Origin: Stegostoma tigrinum
Taxonomy: Eukaryota
NCBI RefSeq assembly: GCF_030684315.1
Contig: NC_081400.1
Coordinates: 3,341,795 to 3,405,794, forward strand
Length of the DNA: 64,000 nucleotides
Direction of reading: 5' to 3'
Positions 62,704 through 64,000 of the stretch are shown one piece after another. The translations under genes were made by a program, and so were the position numbers. The notes under the pieces were generated by a model. That model was not told the origin of the DNA and made no database searches. It saw only the letters and a program-made list of their open reading frames with translations. Position 1 is the first letter of the stretch, and each line of letters opens with the position of its first letter.

Positions 62704-64000
62704 CTGAGTTGGTGAAAGGTGTTATGCCAATGCAATTTCTCTGACTTGTTCTGACTGAACTGTCGGCAACTCATCAGGCATGACATCATGAAGGACTGAG
62801 AGCAGAACTGAAAGTCAGAGTTGGACCTGATAAAGCAATTTTGTTGATTGCTCCTTTTCAACACTGATTTAAGAAGCTATTCATGTTCTTTAATTAATAA
62901 GTTTCCATATAGACAATCGTTTGCATTTATATATACCTTGTAATGAAGATATGGAGGGAAATTTACTGGAATGTGAACAGGGATGAAGTGCTTCAGTTTA
63001 AATTTTGCCCTCTCCCACCTTGCTCTTCAAACCGTTTAAGTTCATAACATTTGAAATTTCAATCTGCATCCAGATACACAGATGTTTGATGTGCCCTTTA
63101 ACAAGAGGCTAATAGTTCTCAGAACAGAACAACAGATATGATTTCGCTGAAGAATTTTCAGGGTTTATAAAGACATGTTCTATCAATCAGACACTTCTTT
63201 AAGAATGGAGGAATGTATCAAGATAGGGACAGTTAATGGGGCTGCAGGAGGTGAAAGAAATAGTGAGGCATGCAGGAGCTGGGGGAGGTTACAGAGATAG
63301 GCAGTGACGTATGTGCTGGAGGTAACAGTTTGGGAAGTTTGGAGAGGCTGTATAAGGTTGCAGACAGTGTAAATACCCCCACTACATTAGGTAACAGAGA
63401 TAGGGAGCAATGCAGCAGCTAGAGTATGTTACAGAGATAGTGCAGAGATTCGGGACTGTATGAAGTACAGAGGTAGACTCATGGGTTTTTGCAAACCCGA
63501 AGCAGACCCTTTGGCCTATCGTATCCAGTTCCGCTAAATTTATCTCATTCTGGTTGCCAGCAGTTGACCCATATCCCCGTTAAGCCTTCCGATTCATGTG
63601 CACGATCACTGCCACTTTCTTTGGCAGGTCGGTCCACAGAAGCACCACCATCTGTGTGAAAACGTTAAATCTCAGGTCCCTTTTAAATCTTCTGCTCTCA
63701 CGTTGTTAGTATCTCCTACACTGGGAAAATAAGACCTTTACTGTTCATCCTATCCATGCCTCCTATGATTTTATACACTTTTCTCAGATCACCTCTCACC
63801 TCTGACACTCCAGTCAGGAAAGCCCGAGCCTATTCAGCTTCCCCCAACAGCTTAAACCCTCGAAGTGGGACAACATGCTGGTGAATCTCTTCTCAAACAT
63901 TTCGAATAGAACAACATATTTCTCACCGCAGGTAAAACAAAACTGAATGCAGTTTTCTTCAAGTGGCCCAAAAGATGTGCTGTAAAGATGCAAAATGACA
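62704..64000 (+). repeat. Paralogous copy of the 22835-24200 spacer
   Basis: Collinear unique sequence (atcaggcatgacatc.tgaaggactgagag..gaactgaaagtcagag), then satellite, then the same CR1 fragment. Confidence 0.88.

Overview
Repeat-rich elasmobranch (shark) genomic DNA; the taxon is inferred from the Ig cluster type and the HE1/Deu-type SINEs. There are two host loci, both on the + strand. (1) A spliceable, open-frame dermatopontin / hemagglutinin-amebocyte-aggregation-factor (DERM-domain)-like gene with exons 2645-2723, 10751-10939, 19097-19243 and 20817-20877 and AATAAA at 20901; its signal-peptide exon was not found. (2) A germline-split, apparently functional cluster-type Ig light chain of the type I/NS5/sigma-cart isotype: octamer promoter 31416, leader 31564-31612, V 31720-32045 with 12-RSS, J 32440-32477 with 23-RSS, C 44467-44789. 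Downstream of C lies a decayed, rearranged paralogous DERM pseudogene, followed by a copy of the spacer that precedes the IgL cluster. This suggests a ~40-kb [DERM gene + IgL cluster] cassette that was duplicated as a unit. A compact PU.1/IRF-CRE-E2A-RUNX motif cluster at 29743-29811 is a candidate B-cell enhancer. The J-C intron is built from a degenerate repeat that mimics AG|GT splice sites and holds a CR1-in-CR1 nest. The rest is Penelope-like elements (PLEs) with minimal hammerhead motifs and palindromic derivatives, a decayed Gmr1-type Gypsy LTR element, CR1/Rex1 fragments, SINEs and purine/pyrimidine satellites. All identity figures are by-eye estimates.
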